Numbered from the stretch's first letter, positions 26,668-36,904 are shown. The stretch is 54,134 nt of DNA from a virus (IMGVR_UViG_3300046707_000080:1-54134); one strand, 5' to 3'. The notes: generated from the sequence alone by a model not told the origin. Numbers and translations: made by a program.

Positions 26668-27062
26668 AACTTCATCTTCTTACCCTTTTAAACAAAATTT
26701 AGGGACCCTATAGGCTACCACTACTAATTTTCGGTGTAAAATCTCGATCTTTATTTTTATTTCCTAGTGTATATTCGCGTAACTAAGCAAGCGACTATCC
26801 AACTATTTACATTTCTCCGTTTATACTCTACCATTTTCTCTTGAGACTGGAAGTGGGTTCGTGATTTGGTTCGGCCCGTTCTGAATTGCTTTCTACTGCT
26901 TCTATCTCGTGGATACTCTATGACAGTGTATTAATTTTTTATCCTTCAATGGGATTAATGCGCAACCTCTTCATAAAGTATCCTATTAGGGGAGAGCAGT
27001 TTTCTTAAGCTTTATCTAGGGGACTGCTCACTTCTTTATCTGCTGTAGAAACACAAGGCTTA

Positions 27063-29570
27063 GTGTTTCTAGATACAAGGATCGTTTGGGTGGCTGTTTC
27101 CCCATTTAATACATTTGAACCTCAAATGCCCGGGATGCAACCGGAAGGGCAAGGTTTACCCTTTGATTTACCACCTTTCAATCCAGAAGAAGCTCAAGCA
27201 GAAGCGCCTCCTGAACAACCAGAAGATTTCCACGCCAATCTAGCGGAGGCCATGGATAGCGGTACGCTATCAGGTCTTGCCGCAAGACTCTTAGAGAATA
27301 TAGAGAATGATGATAACGCCAGATCTGACTGGCTAAAAACGATTAACCTAGCCATGAAATATCTTGGCTGGAAAGTAGATGAATATAAAAGTATCCCGTT
27401 CTCTTATGCCTGCTCAGCTTACGATACCTCTCTCTCTATAGCCCTTATCAGCTCCTACTCCACTGTCTATGCAGAACTCTTTCCCGCTGCGGGTCCTACT
27501 CGCTCTGAGATTATTGGAATGCCAACTCAGGAAGTAGAAGACCAGGGGGATAGAGTCAAAATGTTCATGAATAACTTTTTGACGAACATTAACCGAGATT
27601 ACTATCCAGACTCTAAAGGATTAGTGCTTTATACCATCTTTTGTGGGAGTGGATTTAGAAAGGTGTATCAAGACCCTATTCTGAACCAACCTGAAGCCAA
27701 GTTCATTAAGCCCCAAGATTTTATCGTTAATCCTAATACGACAAGCCTCATGTCTGCCGATAGGATGGCTCATAAAGTCTATTACTCCCGTAAGGATGTC
27801 ATTCTTCGTCAGATGAACGGAGATTTCTTAGAAGATACGTTGCCTGCCATCATTGAAGAAAATCAGATGGATAAGAAGACGCTGACTAAGACTATTCAAC
27901 ATATTGATGGGGTTAATCCAGAATCCACTGAGAACAAGAACTTATTCACGTTCTATGAAGTCCATGCGGATTTAACGGATAAGGATATTAGTTCGGGTCG
28001 AATGAGCGGGACGGATGAAGGGGATGAATTACCGAAACCTTATATTTTAATGATTTGCGAATCAACCAAGAACATTGTCTCTATAAGAAGAAATTGGAAA
28101 GAAGGAGACGCTATATATAAGCGCAAGGAATATTTTGTCGCTTATATGTATTTACCCGGTTTTGGCATTTATGGAACAGGATTGGCCCATTTAATGGGGT
28201 CGAATGCCATAGTCTTAAGCAATGTCTTAAGGCAACTTATGGACGCAGGGACGCTCAAGAATTTCCCAGGGGGACTGCAGGTCGCTGGGTTGAAGATTGA
28301 GACGAACGATATTGCGATAGGCCCCAGTGAATTTAGGGAGATAGAGACTGGTGGATTGCCTATTCAGCAATGCGTAATGCTCATGCCGTATGCGGAGCCA
28401 TCCACGGTATTGATGCAGCTTAGAACGGACTTAATGCAGCAAAGTGCCAAAAATGGAATGGCCGCTGACAATCAAATCCCTGAAAGCAATATGAATGCCC
28501 CAGTTGGGACAACGTTAGCGTTATTGGAAGTCGCTAATCGTGCCCAATCGACGGTGTTGCGGTCTTTCAGGAATTCATTAAGTCATGAACTCAAGCTCTT
28601 GTTTGATTTGTTTGGAGAGCATCTCGAAGACAGGCCTTATCTCTTTGCAGTTCCAGGGAAGGAGACTGCGATTATGAGGAAGGATTTCAATAATAGGATA
28701 AGTATTGTACCTGTTTCAGATCCAAACGTCTTAACAAGCACACATCGCTTATTGCGCGCAGAAGGTATCTATAAGATAGCCGGAGCCGCTCCTCAGTTGT
28801 ATAACCAACGTGAGGTTAATAAGCTGATGTTACATGCGATGAACGTTGACAATATTGATAAGTTATTAAAGCCGGAACCACAACCGGCCATGCTGGATGC
28901 GATAACGGAGAATATGTACGTTCTGCAAGGAAAACCTGTATTGGTCAATGTGCAACAAGATGACGATGCTCATATTCAATTGCACACTGCGTTTGCCCTG
29001 GAGATGAAGCAAGCGAATCCAGTAGCTTATGCGGCTATTATGGAGCATAACCAAGTCCATAAAGCCGCAAAAGTTGCAAAAATGTTAATTCAAAACCAAG
29101 TAAAACAACAAGTTCAACAACAAATGCAACAAAACCCCATGATGCATCCCATGTTCGCAGAACAGATGTCGAAACAGATTCACGATCAGGCCATGCAAAA
29201 GTTCTCTCAAATGCCAGTCCAGCAATTACTGATGGATATGCAAATACAAAATATGGTTGCCAAGATGGACGCTGAGGAATTAGCGAAACAGCAACAACAA
29301 CAGCAACAAATGATGAAACAACAACAGGAAGTTCAGCAGGTACCGAACAAGATAATGATGGAAGACATTAAACAAAGACAAGAAGCGGCTCATCTTAAGA
29401 ATGATGAGACGAAGTTAAAGGTTGAAGAAGATGCTTTCAAAGCGCAATTGCATTTTGAGAGTGAGAAAGCGAAATTGGAAGCGCAAAAAGACATGGCTAC
29501 TGACAAACATTTAGTTGATTTAGCCATAGCAGAAATGAAACAGCATCCTAATCCTACAGCGAGGTATTAA
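27063..29570 (+). CDS. Portal protein with Gln/Met-rich C-terminal extension
   Basis: FHANLAE, ELFPAAGP, GSGFRKVYQDP, YLPGFGIYGTG, APVGTTLALLE, PVSDPN motifs of podovirus portals; exact start uncertain. Confidence 0.88.
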   Translation: MFLDTRIVWVAVSPFNTFEPQMPGMQPEGQGLPFDLPPFNPEEAQAEAPPEQPEDFHANLAEAMDSGTLSGLAARLLENIENDDNARSDWLKTINLAMKYLGWKVDEYKSIPFSYACSAYDTSLSIALISSYSTVYAELFPAAGPTRSEIIGMPTQEVEDQGDRVKMFMNNFLTNINRDYYPDSKGLVLYTIFCGSGFRKVYQDPILNQPEAKFIKPQDFIVNPNTTSLMSADRMAHKVYYSRKDVILRQMNGDFLEDTLPAIIEENQMDKKTLTKTIQHIDGVNPESTENKNLFTFYEVHADLTDKDISSGRMSGTDEGDELPKPYILMICESTKNIVSIRRNWKEGDAIYKRKEYFVAYMYLPGFGIYGTGLAHLMGSNAIVLSNVLRQLMDAGTLKNFPGGLQVAGLKIETNDIAIGPSEFREIETGGLPIQQCVMLMPYAEPSTVLMQLRTDLMQQSAKNGMAADNQIPESNMNAPVGTTLALLEVANRAQSTVLRSFRNSLSHELKLLFDLFGEHLEDRPYLFAVPGKETAIMRKDFNNRISIVPVSDPNVLTSTHRLLRAEGIYKIAGAAPQLYNQREVNKLMLHAMNVDNIDKLLKPEPQPAMLDAITENMYVLQGKPVLVNVQQDDDAHIQLHTAFALEMKQANPVAYAAIMEHNQVHKAAKVAKMLIQNQVKQQVQQQMQQNPMMHPMFAEQMSKQIHDQAMQKFSQMPVQQLLMDMQIQNMVAKMDAEELAKQQQQQQQMMKQQQEVQQVPNKIMMEDIKQRQEAAHLKNDETKLKVEEDAFKAQLHFESEKAKLEAQKDMATDKHLVDLAIAEMKQHPNPTARY

Positions 29571-29572
29571 TC

Positions 29573-30769
29573 ATGAGTGAATGGAGAGCAGGCTATCACG
29601 GAGACGATTCCATGAGAGCAAAAGCAGAAAGAATGTTCCGAGAAGAAAGTCCTGAAAGAGGCAGAGAAGTGCCTGGAAGTTATATGGCAAAAAGTCGAGA
29701 AAAAACTCGATTCTATGCCAAAGGTGGACATGTTCACTCTATGGAGAAATCACAACATGACATGAAAATTCCACGACGTGGAAAAACACCAAAGCTTAGC
29801 GTTCAGAACTTTGAAGAAGCAGAACGTATGAGACATGGTGGACGAGCTCGTCATAGAGCCGAAGGTGGTCAAATGGCCGAAGGTGGAGCGATGGCGGACG
29901 GCGGAGCAATGTCAGCAATGAAGAGGGGCGGTAAGTCTAAGAAACATCATTATGCAGATGGTGGAGCTGTACCTACTCTTTTACCGCAAATGCAAGATGC
30001 AATGATGCAGGCTGCAATGAATAGCAGATCTGACATGAAGCGAGGCGGAAAAGCTCGTCATCACTATGCAGAGGGTGGAAAAGTCCGAGATGAAGTTGAT
30101 GGAATAGAAGTCGAAGTGAAACCAATGAGAAAAGGGGGTCATATGCATAAGAAATCTCATCGTAAAGCCGAAGGCGGAAAAATGATGGAAGGTGGCAGGA
30201 TGGCAGAGGGTGGAAAGATGGCTGAAGGCGGATCTTATCGTAGAGGCGGTCATTCTCATAAAAAGCATCATAAAGCGGGTGGTGGAATGGTTGATGCTAT
30301 TCAAGCGGATGCAGCCAGACGGCAGGCTGATGCCGCTAGCGGTATCCCTCAAATCGGTGTTTACAATCCTCAGATGCCCCGTATGAAACGAGGCGGAAGA
30401 ACACGTCATAGAGCCGAAGGCGGACAGATGGCGGACGGCGGAGCAATGTCAGCAATGAAGAAAGGCGGTCGTTCTCACAAGTATGCAGCCGGTGGAGCTG
30501 TTCGAAATCATTATGGAAGATACGAAGCGGACATGATGGGTGAACATCATGGAGCGTCTAATCATTATCGAGATTACGTAGCAGACATGATGGGCGAACA
30601 TGGTTGTCATGAGCCTGTCTCTCACCCACACATTGGGCGTTCTAAAGGAACTCCTTTTGCAGAAGGTGGTTATGCGATGGGTGGAGTCGGTAAATATCGT
30701 CATGGAGAAGCTACCAAGTCTGGTAAACAGATTGGACATGCTAAAGCTAAAGGGTCTCCTTTTGCATAA
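29573..30769 (+). CDS. Low-complexity protein with about 23 xxxGG motifs
   Basis: Repeated MAEGG/YADGG/MKRGG units; His/Lys/Met-rich; directly after portal. Confidence 0.8.
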   Translation: MSEWRAGYHGDDSMRAKAERMFREESPERGREVPGSYMAKSREKTRFYAKGGHVHSMEKSQHDMKIPRRGKTPKLSVQNFEEAERMRHGGRARHRAEGGQMAEGGAMADGGAMSAMKRGGKSKKHHYADGGAVPTLLPQMQDAMMQAAMNSRSDMKRGGKARHHYAEGGKVRDEVDGIEVEVKPMRKGGHMHKKSHRKAEGGKMMEGGRMAEGGKMAEGGSYRRGGHSHKKHHKAGGGMVDAIQADAARRQADAASGIPQIGVYNPQMPRMKRGGRTRHRAEGGQMADGGAMSAMKKGGRSHKYAAGGAVRNHYGRYEADMMGEHHGASNHYRDYVADMMGEHGCHEPVSHPHIGRSKGTPFAEGGYAMGGVGKYRHGEATKSGKQIGHAKAKGSPFA

Positions 30770-31005
30770 TGTCGATGTTTAGTTATGCAGAGCAACTTCT
30801 TGAACGTCTGAGGGGTAGAGAAAAAGTGTATGAAGATACGCTTTTGAATACTGCCTTTCAGACGTTAGAAGAGCAGAAGATGGTCAAGGGCAGGAGAGAT
30901 GGAATACAGGATGCAATCAAGATAGTTCTTCAATTAAACAAGGACTTTTTTGATTCAAAGACATTGAAATCGGAACTAAAGGAGAAGGAATATGAAGTTT
31001 ACTGA
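30769..31005 (+). CDS. Conserved small head-module protein
   Basis: TAATG coupling; helical; KMVKGRRDGI. Confidence 0.6.
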   Translation: MSMFSYAEQLLERLRGREKVYEDTLLNTAFQTLEEQKMVKGRRDGIQDAIKIVLQLNKDFFDSKTLKSELKEKEYEVY

Positions 31006-31597
31006 TAAAAGAGGACAAGGGCAAAAGAATTTTGTTATTCCAACAAAGAAATTAACGCCGGAACAAATCGCTCTAGATAATAAAAGAATGATGGAAGAAC
31101 ATCTGGAGTTTGTTAGGCAAGAAGAGTTGCGCCTTAGTGGAATGGAGGCGGCTAATGCAAAAAGTGTTGATAGTTTTAGATTAAGTTTTATTGAACCTTA
31201 TGAAGAATCCGAAGCAATTCGTCAAATAGAAGAACTATTAGGATTTGAACGACCGCGTCCAACAGGCTATCACATTGCAGTTAAGATTTATGTCAGAGAT
31301 GAGGATTGTGGAAAATTGTTTGATAAGGATGGAAAAGAGACTTTGATTTATGCGCCTCCTAAAGTATCCGCACATGACAAGTTTAGAAACTGTAGCGCAT
31401 TGGTTCTTTCATTAGGAGACGATGCTTATAGAGATAGAAAGTTTTTAAGTGGTCCTTGGGTACGAGTGGGTGATTGGGTCGTCATCGCAAGAAATGGTGG
31501 ACCTCAAGTGAATTATAGAGGCGTCCCGGTTACCTTTATTCCAGATGACAATATTTATTGTGTGATTTCAGATCCGACACATGTAACACGCGACTAA
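30992..31597 (+). CDS. GroES/Cpn10-like co-chaperonin
   Basis: PRPTGYHIAV...VLSLGDDAY...GPWVRVGDWVV...FIPDDNIYCVISDP. Confidence 0.8.
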   Translation: MKFTDKRGQGQKNFVIPTKKLTPEQIALDNKRMMEEHLEFVRQEELRLSGMEAANAKSVDSFRLSFIEPYEESEAIRQIEELLGFERPRPTGYHIAVKIYVRDEDCGKLFDKDGKETLIYAPPKVSAHDKFRNCSALVLSLGDDAYRDRKFLSGPWVRVGDWVVIARNGGPQVNYRGVPVTFIPDDNIYCVISDPTHVTRD

Positions 31598-31621
31598 TGG
31601 ATTTTTATAACATTACGGAGG

Positions 31622-32653
31622 ATGGATATGGCAGTAGAATATAGCAGAGAAATTAAGACTGAGAACGTTGATTCGCCAACAGTTGACAATCAATTTACGG
31701 AAGAAGATGTTCGGTCTATGAAAGGGGAAGAATCGGAACCTGATTATCAGGAACCCCAGGCAGAAGTCTACGAAGAGCCTGAGACAGAAAGTCAAGGACA
31801 GGAACAAGAAGAGACGCAAGAAGTCGTAGAGGAGAAGAGGAGATATCGAGATCCGGCAAAGAACCGTATCAACCAAATCCAGCGTCAGCGATATGCGGCA
31901 TTGGACGAGGCCAATCGTCTTCGGGAAGAGAACGAAAGGTTAAGACGTCTAGCAACTATTTCTACAGAAACCGCTTCCAAACAATTTGAAGATAATGTTC
32001 TTCAAAGATTGGAGCGAGCTAAAAATCTTAAGATGCAAGCTTATGAGGCCGGAGATATTAAGGCTCAAACAGATGCTGATTTAGAAATGGCTGATGCGAT
32101 GGCTGATTATAAATCTCATAATACTTGGAAGGCACAAGAGTCTTTAAAATCGCAAGAAAACTCTTATAACTCACAAGTTCCCATTAAACAAGGTCCCATT
32201 GTTAATGAACGAGAAGCGAGGGGTTGGATTGAGAGAAATTCATGGGCCAATCCTAATACTTCAGAGTTTGATAGAGATTTATTTCAAATAGCAGATAATG
32301 CCGCCTCTCAGCTTGATTTGTATTGTTATAAGAATGGACAAGCACATCTGATTCAATCTCCTCAATATTTTCAGGAGTTGGATAATTATATGGAACAGGC
32401 AAGGCAGCATATGGAATCACAACGACAATCTCATGGAAGGGGGCAAATACCGATGAAACAACCAATGCGGGGTGGAGTAACACCCGTTAGAGCCAGTAAC
32501 AATGCGCTAGGCTCTTCCAAACAAAAAATGCAGTTAACTCAAGAGCAGAGAGATTTAGCTAAGTCTTTAGGCGTGACTGAAGATGTTTATAGACAAGAGG
32601 TATTAAGGGACATGAAAGATAGGCCAGAGAGATATAACAGAGGAGGTAGATAA
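31622..32653 (+). CDS. Probable capsid scaffolding protein
   Basis: Acidic N-terminus, long coiled coil, WIERNSW, C-terminal LTQEQRDLAKSLGV; position before capsid genes. Confidence 0.7.
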   Translation: MDMAVEYSREIKTENVDSPTVDNQFTEEDVRSMKGEESEPDYQEPQAEVYEEPETESQGQEQEETQEVVEEKRRYRDPAKNRINQIQRQRYAALDEANRLREENERLRRLATISTETASKQFEDNVLQRLERAKNLKMQAYEAGDIKAQTDADLEMADAMADYKSHNTWKAQESLKSQENSYNSQVPIKQGPIVNEREARGWIERNSWANPNTSEFDRDLFQIADNAASQLDLYCYKNGQAHLIQSPQYFQELDNYMEQARQHMESQRQSHGRGQIPMKQPMRGGVTPVRASNNALGSSKQKMQLTQEQRDLAKSLGVTEDVYRQEVLRDMKDRPERYNRGGR

Positions 32654-32654
32654 C

Positions 32655-33185
32655 ATGGAAGTACCTGAAAGAACCGATCGCAAAAGTCGTTCCGATGATA
32701 TGAGACGAGCAAGTGAGCGAGAAGCACAGTTGAGAAAAGGATATCAAATGCATGGAAGAGATCCATTTTATATCCCCAAAGAGAAAATCCCAGAAGGATG
32801 GGAATATGTATGGGGTCGTATGAGTTATGATGGCGGTCGCCCCGATATGGCCCGCGAACTAGAACTCAATCGAACCGGATGGACACCCGTCCCCCCAGAA
32901 CGACATCCCGACTTGGTCCCAAAAGACTATACTGGCAGAATAAATCAGTCAGTTAGTTGTATCCAGATTAATGGTCTTCTCTTATTAGAGAGGCCTGAGA
33001 TTTTTGGAATTGAAGATAGGGCTCGTCGAGAGGCGATGAATGACAACCTGGTAGGTTCTATTAAGGGGTTGAAGAACTTCTTAGGAGAAGAGAATGTTCC
33101 AGGCTTACGCATTAATAGTAAGGTGGACTTTACTCAAGAACGGGGAGTCATAGGACGACGAGTGTTAGGTCCCAATAGCTTTTAA
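32655..33185 (+). CDS. Conserved head-module protein
   Basis: IPEGWEYVWGR...GWTPV...HPDL...GLLLLERP; GGAGG RBS. Confidence 0.7.
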   Translation: MEVPERTDRKSRSDDMRRASEREAQLRKGYQMHGRDPFYIPKEKIPEGWEYVWGRMSYDGGRPDMARELELNRTGWTPVPPERHPDLVPKDYTGRINQSVSCIQINGLLLLERPEIFGIEDRARREAMNDNLVGSIKGLKNFLGEENVPGLRINSKVDFTQERGVIGRRVLGPNSF

Positions 33186-33191
33186 TTAAAT

Positions 33192-33223
33192 GAGGCAAGC
33201 GATTTATATTGTTTGCCTTTTTT
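33192..33223 (+). terminator. Intrinsic terminator
   Basis: GAGGCAAGCGAT...ATTGTTTGCCTT stem followed by a T-run. Confidence 0.6.
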
Positions 33224-33230
33224 ATTTTTA

Positions 33231-33239
33231 TGCTATCAT
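33231..33239 (+). promoter_or_regulatory. Extended -10 promoter candidate for capsid genes
   Basis: TGcTATCAT just downstream of the terminator. Confidence 0.45.
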
Positions 33240-33247
33240 AGTGTCAA

Positions 33248-33380
33248 GTTGGATACTAACCAGCTTAGAGTGTACCAAATCTCTATAAACTAAGGTAGCG
33301 GTAACCATACCTCCATCGTGTTCATGCACGTTAGACCATTAGGCGGACCTGAGCCTTTAAACGGTCGGGCAGTGACGCCC
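33248..33380 (+). ncRNA. Candidate structured leader RNA / sRNA
   Basis: Six consecutive short hairpins in a non-coding gap. Confidence 0.4.
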
Positions 33381-33414
33381 AGTAGTAATTAAATGGATTT
33401 AACGAGGTAGTAAC

Positions 33415-34092
33415 ATGAGCAATGGTACGGGTTATAACGCTCCACGCGGGCTGATTCCTAGACAATATTTAAACGGTTCTCTCTACACAGGTCAAACTTC
33501 TCCTTACAACATAATTTCTGGCTTAGCGGCCAATATAGCCACTGGCGATCCTGTTTATTGGGATAACGCGACTGGCGGTATTACATTAGCAACCGCTGGG
33601 TCTACCCATCGAATACTTGGTTCATTTCAGGGTGTTAGATATACCGACACATCTGGAACGGTTCAGTTCCTTCCTAATTGGGCTTCCGGAACTGCAACAT
33701 TAGGTTCAATACCTGCTCAAGCTTTTATAACTGACGATCCATTTATTCTATACGACATACAAGTCGCATCAGGCGCAGGTGGAACAGTTGCTGCACCGTC
33801 TATTTTGATCGGAAACCTCGGATTAAACATGAATCTGAACGTAGCCCAAGGAACAGCTTATAACGCTGTTGCTGGTGTTGTTCCTGCTTCAAATCCTGCG
33901 GCTGGAACTCCATTGAATGGTCAATCCGTTTGGTATTTGGATTCCAACGTAGCACCTGCTGCGGACGCAACCTATCAAGTGACGCTCATTCGATTTACCC
34001 CAGTTTCTGGAAACATTTCAGGGCTAGTTTTTAATAACGTTCTATGTCTTATCAACATACATGCGTTTAGGGCTGGCGTAGCTGGGTTTTAA
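33415..34092 (+). CDS. Capsid decoration / minor head protein
   Basis: Directly before MCP; Ala/Gly/Thr-rich; NAPRGLIP, GDPV, GSFQGVRYTD, DDP motifs. Confidence 0.65.
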   Translation: MSNGTGYNAPRGLIPRQYLNGSLYTGQTSPYNIISGLAANIATGDPVYWDNATGGITLATAGSTHRILGSFQGVRYTDTSGTVQFLPNWASGTATLGSIPAQAFITDDPFILYDIQVASGAGGTVAAPSILIGNLGLNMNLNVAQGTAYNAVAGVVPASNPAAGTPLNGQSVWYLDSNVAPAADATYQVTLIRFTPVSGNISGLVFNNVLCLINIHAFRAGVAGF

Positions 34093-34139
34093 GGTTTTTT
34101 AGGGCAGTGAAGCCCGTAACGATTAAAAGGAGTTTTTAA

Positions 34140-35042
34140 ATGGCAATTAACACAACTCAGATAGCGTCACTTTTGCGACCTGGTCTGTCTGCGGTGTTCG
34201 GTGATTATCCATTCTACCCAAGTCAATGGTCGGAACTGTTTGAAGTTTACGAATCTGACAAGGCAGTAGAATACGAAACCGAAATGAGAATGCTGGGATT
34301 AGCTAGTATTCGACCCGAAGGTTCGCCTACTGAGTCCGACATTATGGGACAACGCGTAATCTCGACGTACATCAATCGTTACGTCGCATTGCAGTTCCAA
34401 ATAACTCGTGCTGCTGTAATGGATAACCTGTACAAGACGAAATTCCCATTGATGGTAAAAGCTTTGAAGAAATCGATGGCACAAACGAAAGAAGTTTTGG
34501 GTGCTGCCATTTTCAACAATGCCTTTAGTTCTTCATTCCCTGGGGGAGATGGTGTTTCTCTCTGTAATACAGGTCACCCAATTGATACGGGTGTTTATGC
34601 AAATAAACCATCCGTTGATGTGGACTTTAATGAAGCTTCACTTGAAAGTGCATTGATTACCACTCAACAGTTCAAAGATCAAGCGGGTCTCATTGTGATG
34701 ACGAAAGCGCAGAAGTTGCTTGTGTCACCACAAGGTCAATTTGTTGCGGAGCGCGTTTTGGGTTCTGCGTTCAGAACGAACACTCCCAATAATGACGTGT
34801 CAGCTGTCTACAATGGTTCGTATCTTCCAAAAGGCTGGGTTTGTAATCAGTACCTAACAGCAAACAATGCTTGGTTCTTGGTCACTGATGCAGTTGACGG
34901 ACTAAAACATTTTGTTCGGGAAAAGATTGAGACTGACGTATATACCGATTTCCAAACTGATAATCTTTTGGCCAAGGCAGTCGAACGCTATTCCTTCGGG
35001 TGGTCAAATCCACGTGCGGTTTACGGAAGTAATGGTCCTTAA
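34140..35042 (+). CDS. Major capsid protein (HK97 fold, Mu gpT-like)
   Basis: LLRPGL, DNLY, GDGVSL...HP, NQYLT...AWF, KAVERYSFGWSNPR; AAGGAG RBS. Confidence 0.9.
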   Translation: MAINTTQIASLLRPGLSAVFGDYPFYPSQWSELFEVYESDKAVEYETEMRMLGLASIRPEGSPTESDIMGQRVISTYINRYVALQFQITRAAVMDNLYKTKFPLMVKALKKSMAQTKEVLGAAIFNNAFSSSFPGGDGVSLCNTGHPIDTGVYANKPSVDVDFNEASLESALITTQQFKDQAGLIVMTKAQKLLVSPQGQFVAERVLGSAFRTNTPNNDVSAVYNGSYLPKGWVCNQYLTANNAWFLVTDAVDGLKHFVREKIETDVYTDFQTDNLLAKAVERYSFGWSNPRAVYGSNGP

Positions 35043-35047
35043 TTTGA

Positions 35048-35076
35048 TGAGTGGGTTATAAATTGTAACCCACTCA
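35048..35076 (+). terminator. Strong hairpin after the major capsid gene
   Basis: TGAGTGGGTTATA-AAT-TGTAACCCACTCA 13-bp stem. Confidence 0.6.
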
Positions 35077-35106
35077 AATTGACTTACCTTATAAGGGGTA
35101 TATGTA

Positions 35107-36870
35107 ATGGCACAGTTACTAAATTTTAATACGCCAGACACACGCACTGCTTCAATATTAATTGGAGATCCGGTTCAGGCAACCGCTGGTTCGCCAGACG
35201 GTCTGCCCACCATGACAGCTTCAGCTGGCGTAAACGTCTCTGCCTGTATTGAACTTCAATCAGTTACCTCTGCACTCTTGTTAAGTCGAATGACGACAAC
35301 GCAGATGAATGCCATTGTTACTCCTTCTAATGGGATGTTGATTTACAACACCACAACCAATCTCTTAACTGCTTATATAAATGGTGCATGGACCGCCGTT
35401 GAATCTGGTGGAGCAGCTCCAACATTTACCACTGTAACCAGCGGTTTAGGAACCGCAGCGGCTCCTAGCTACACATTCACAGGTCGTACAGATGTAGGGC
35501 TCTATAGTAGCGCTGCACATACACTTGATTTAACTGCTAACGGAACTCGTCAAGTATCGATTATAGGTACAGCGGTAGCCGTTGATTACCTGACAATTGC
35601 TGGTGGTGCAGCCGCATCAAATACAGTAACGATTGCTGCTACTGGTACAGATGCAGCGGTTGGCATTACCTTTACTCCAAAAGGAACCGGAGCGCTTTTA
35701 AATGCCGTCGGTGCGGTTGCAACGCCAAGTTATGCGTTCACCGGAGATCTGGGTGCTGGCATGTGGCACAGTGCTGCCAATACATTGGACTTCTCTGCTA
35801 ATGCGGCTAGACAATTACAACTGATTGGAACTGCCGTTGCCGTTGATTACCTCACAATCACCGGTGGAGCAACTGGAACAAATACCGTAACCATTACCAC
35901 AGCGGGTACCGATACAAATATTAGTCTCACCTTAACCCCTAAGGGAACAGGCGCTCTCTTAAATGCTGTAGGAGCTGTTGCAACGCCAAGTTATGCCTTT
36001 ACCGGAGATGCTGGTAGTGGTATGTGGCAAAGTGCTGCAAGCGTACTTGATTTTTCTACGACTGGCGTACGTTCATTCCAGATAACAGATACATTATCAT
36101 CCGTTAACTGGGTATCCGTGACGGGTGGCGCTACTGGAACAGGGCTTTCAACCGGTGTTGGATTTACTGCGAATGGTACTGATACGAATATTGATATTAG
36201 TGTTACGCCTAAGGGAGCGGGCAACCTCTCTGTTAGAGGTGCCACCACTGCTGGTTCTATTGCTTTATGGAACCAAGCTAATACGTTCCAAACAATCATT
36301 TTAGGTGCGGCAGTTGCTTCAAACCTTACTTGGACATGGCCTCTTACAGATGCAACGGTTCCAGCGGGCGCTACGACAACCGCGATTCCAATGTCCTCAA
36401 ACGCTGCTGGTGTTCTCTCATTCTCGAATACTGGATTAATCTATGCTACCGGCACATTAACCGCCGGCAATATTAACAGCATGTTTACGACCGGTATTCA
36501 GTTGATAGCAACCCCTGGTTCTGGAAAAGCGATTATTGTTCAAAACTTTATTTTAGAAATTATTGGTGCAACAAGCTTTGCTGCCGGTGGTGTGGTTTAC
36601 CTTAACTATAGCACCACAGGTCATGGTACTACTTTAGCATCACAGATTATGCCGGTAACCGCTGTCACAGCGGCGAGCTCTAATAATACGATTGCCAGCG
36701 CATTGGGAATGATTAGTAATACGGTCACTCCAGCTGCTGAAGGTGTTCAATTGGTTAGTACTTCAGTTGCTAATCAACCTGTTTGCATCACTAACGCCAC
36801 TCAATTGTTTACAACCGGTACAGGAACAGCTAACTGGTATCTTTGGTACATGATTGTTCCAGTAACATAA
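35107..36870 (+). CDS. Fibre-like structural protein with internal repeats
   Basis: Three G-x-x-A-x-PSY-x-FTG...TPKG units; N-terminal domain shared with 39970 and 41892. Confidence 0.7.
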   Translation: MAQLLNFNTPDTRTASILIGDPVQATAGSPDGLPTMTASAGVNVSACIELQSVTSALLLSRMTTTQMNAIVTPSNGMLIYNTTTNLLTAYINGAWTAVESGGAAPTFTTVTSGLGTAAAPSYTFTGRTDVGLYSSAAHTLDLTANGTRQVSIIGTAVAVDYLTIAGGAAASNTVTIAATGTDAAVGITFTPKGTGALLNAVGAVATPSYAFTGDLGAGMWHSAANTLDFSANAARQLQLIGTAVAVDYLTITGGATGTNTVTITTAGTDTNISLTLTPKGTGALLNAVGAVATPSYAFTGDAGSGMWQSAASVLDFSTTGVRSFQITDTLSSVNWVSVTGGATGTGLSTGVGFTANGTDTNIDISVTPKGAGNLSVRGATTAGSIALWNQANTFQTIILGAAVASNLTWTWPLTDATVPAGATTTAIPMSSNAAGVLSFSNTGLIYATGTLTAGNINSMFTTGIQLIATPGSGKAIIVQNFILEIIGATSFAAGGVVYLNYSTTGHGTTLASQIMPVTAVTAASSNNTIASALGMISNTVTPAAEGVQLVSTSVANQPVCITNATQLFTTGTGTANWYLWYMIVPVT

Positions 36871-36904
36871 TAGGAATCTTTAACTTAGGAAATAGGAGAT
36901 ATAT

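Noticed and set aside
29840-30470. CRISPR-like or DNA-level repeat array
   Set aside because: Repeats are in-frame coding duplications with synonymous variation and no repeat-spacer periodicity
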